A stretch of 47,992 nt of DNA from Methanobacterium sp. (GTDB lineage Archaea; Methanobacteriota; Methanobacteria; Methanobacteriales; Methanobacteriaceae): assembly GCA_003166335.1 (NCBI GenBank), contig PMWA01000050.1, positions 751-48,742 on the forward strand. Direction: 5' to 3'. Under the pieces are notes generated by a model. That model ran no database searches. It had not been told where the DNA came from and saw nothing but the letters and a program-made list of their open reading frames with translations. Positions within the stretch are counted from its first letter, which is position 1, and each line of letters starts with the position of its first letter. Positions 47,666 to 47,992 of this stretch are shown here, one piece after another. Made by a program: the position numbers and the translations under genes.

Positions 47666-47992
47666 ATGAGAGACATTATAAAACAATTTGGCCCATCAAG
47701 TAATCTTCCTGAATTAGAAAATGTGGATATTCTCTTTTTATGTGTAATAGCTAGTACTAGAACTTCTCATATTCCTGGAATTACTGGTGCTGGTGTTACG
47801 CCAGAGCTCACTGATTACACTCCTGCAGCTGATGTGGAGTTAGTAATGCATGGAGAAACCCGATGTCTTAAGGAGATACCTCGAACCATAATTGACGGGG
47901 TAGTAGCCCCAACTCCGGCTGTGATAACTAAAGCTTCGCTAGAACTGGCTGATATACCTTTTTTAGTGGCTGATGCTGGTGCTGCAATTAAA
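47666..47992 (+). CDS. cobT: Archaeal nicotinate-nucleotide:base phosphoribosyltransferase CobT, N-terminal part (runs off window end)
   Basis: Manual translation MRDIIK..FLCVIASTRTSHIPGITGAG..PELTDYTPAADVE..PTPAVITKA..VADAG. Confidence 0.85.
   Translation, partial: MRDIIKQFGPSSNLPELENVDILFLCVIASTRTSHIPGITGAGVTPELTDYTPAADVELVMHGETRCLKEIPRTIIDGVVAPTPAVITKASLELADIPFLVADAGAAIK

Overview
AT-rich chromosomal window from a methanogenic archaeon of the Methanobacteriales, Methanobacterium-like (inferred from gene content: MsvR, F420H2 oxidase FprA, Kae1-Bud32 fusion, PolD DP1, Hef, archaeal CobT). The right half is a core block containing the likely replication origin (at least six 13-bp TTACA[CAG]TTG[AC]AA[TA] ORB repeats flanking an AT-rich centre) directly upstream of cdc6, plus cobalamin, pyrimidine, tRNA-modification and ribosomal genes. 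The left half mixes intact housekeeping genes (hisF, argD, lysA-dapF, ogg, cyclophilin, tRNA-Arg) with several decayed stress/detox/transport genes (arsC, fprA, an alpha/beta hydrolase, an MPG glycosylase, an MFS transporter, a possible SDR remnant), suggesting selective gene loss. The least explained signals are (i) a membrane-protein gene whose synonymous third positions switch from purely G/T to purely A/C along its length, (ii) an orphan ORF resembling a single TFB cyclin repeat, and (iii) an intact MsvR regulator with a perfect operator facing a dead target gene. No CRISPR array, rRNA, integrase or transposase was recognised. All calls are by eye from motifs and context; no database search was run.
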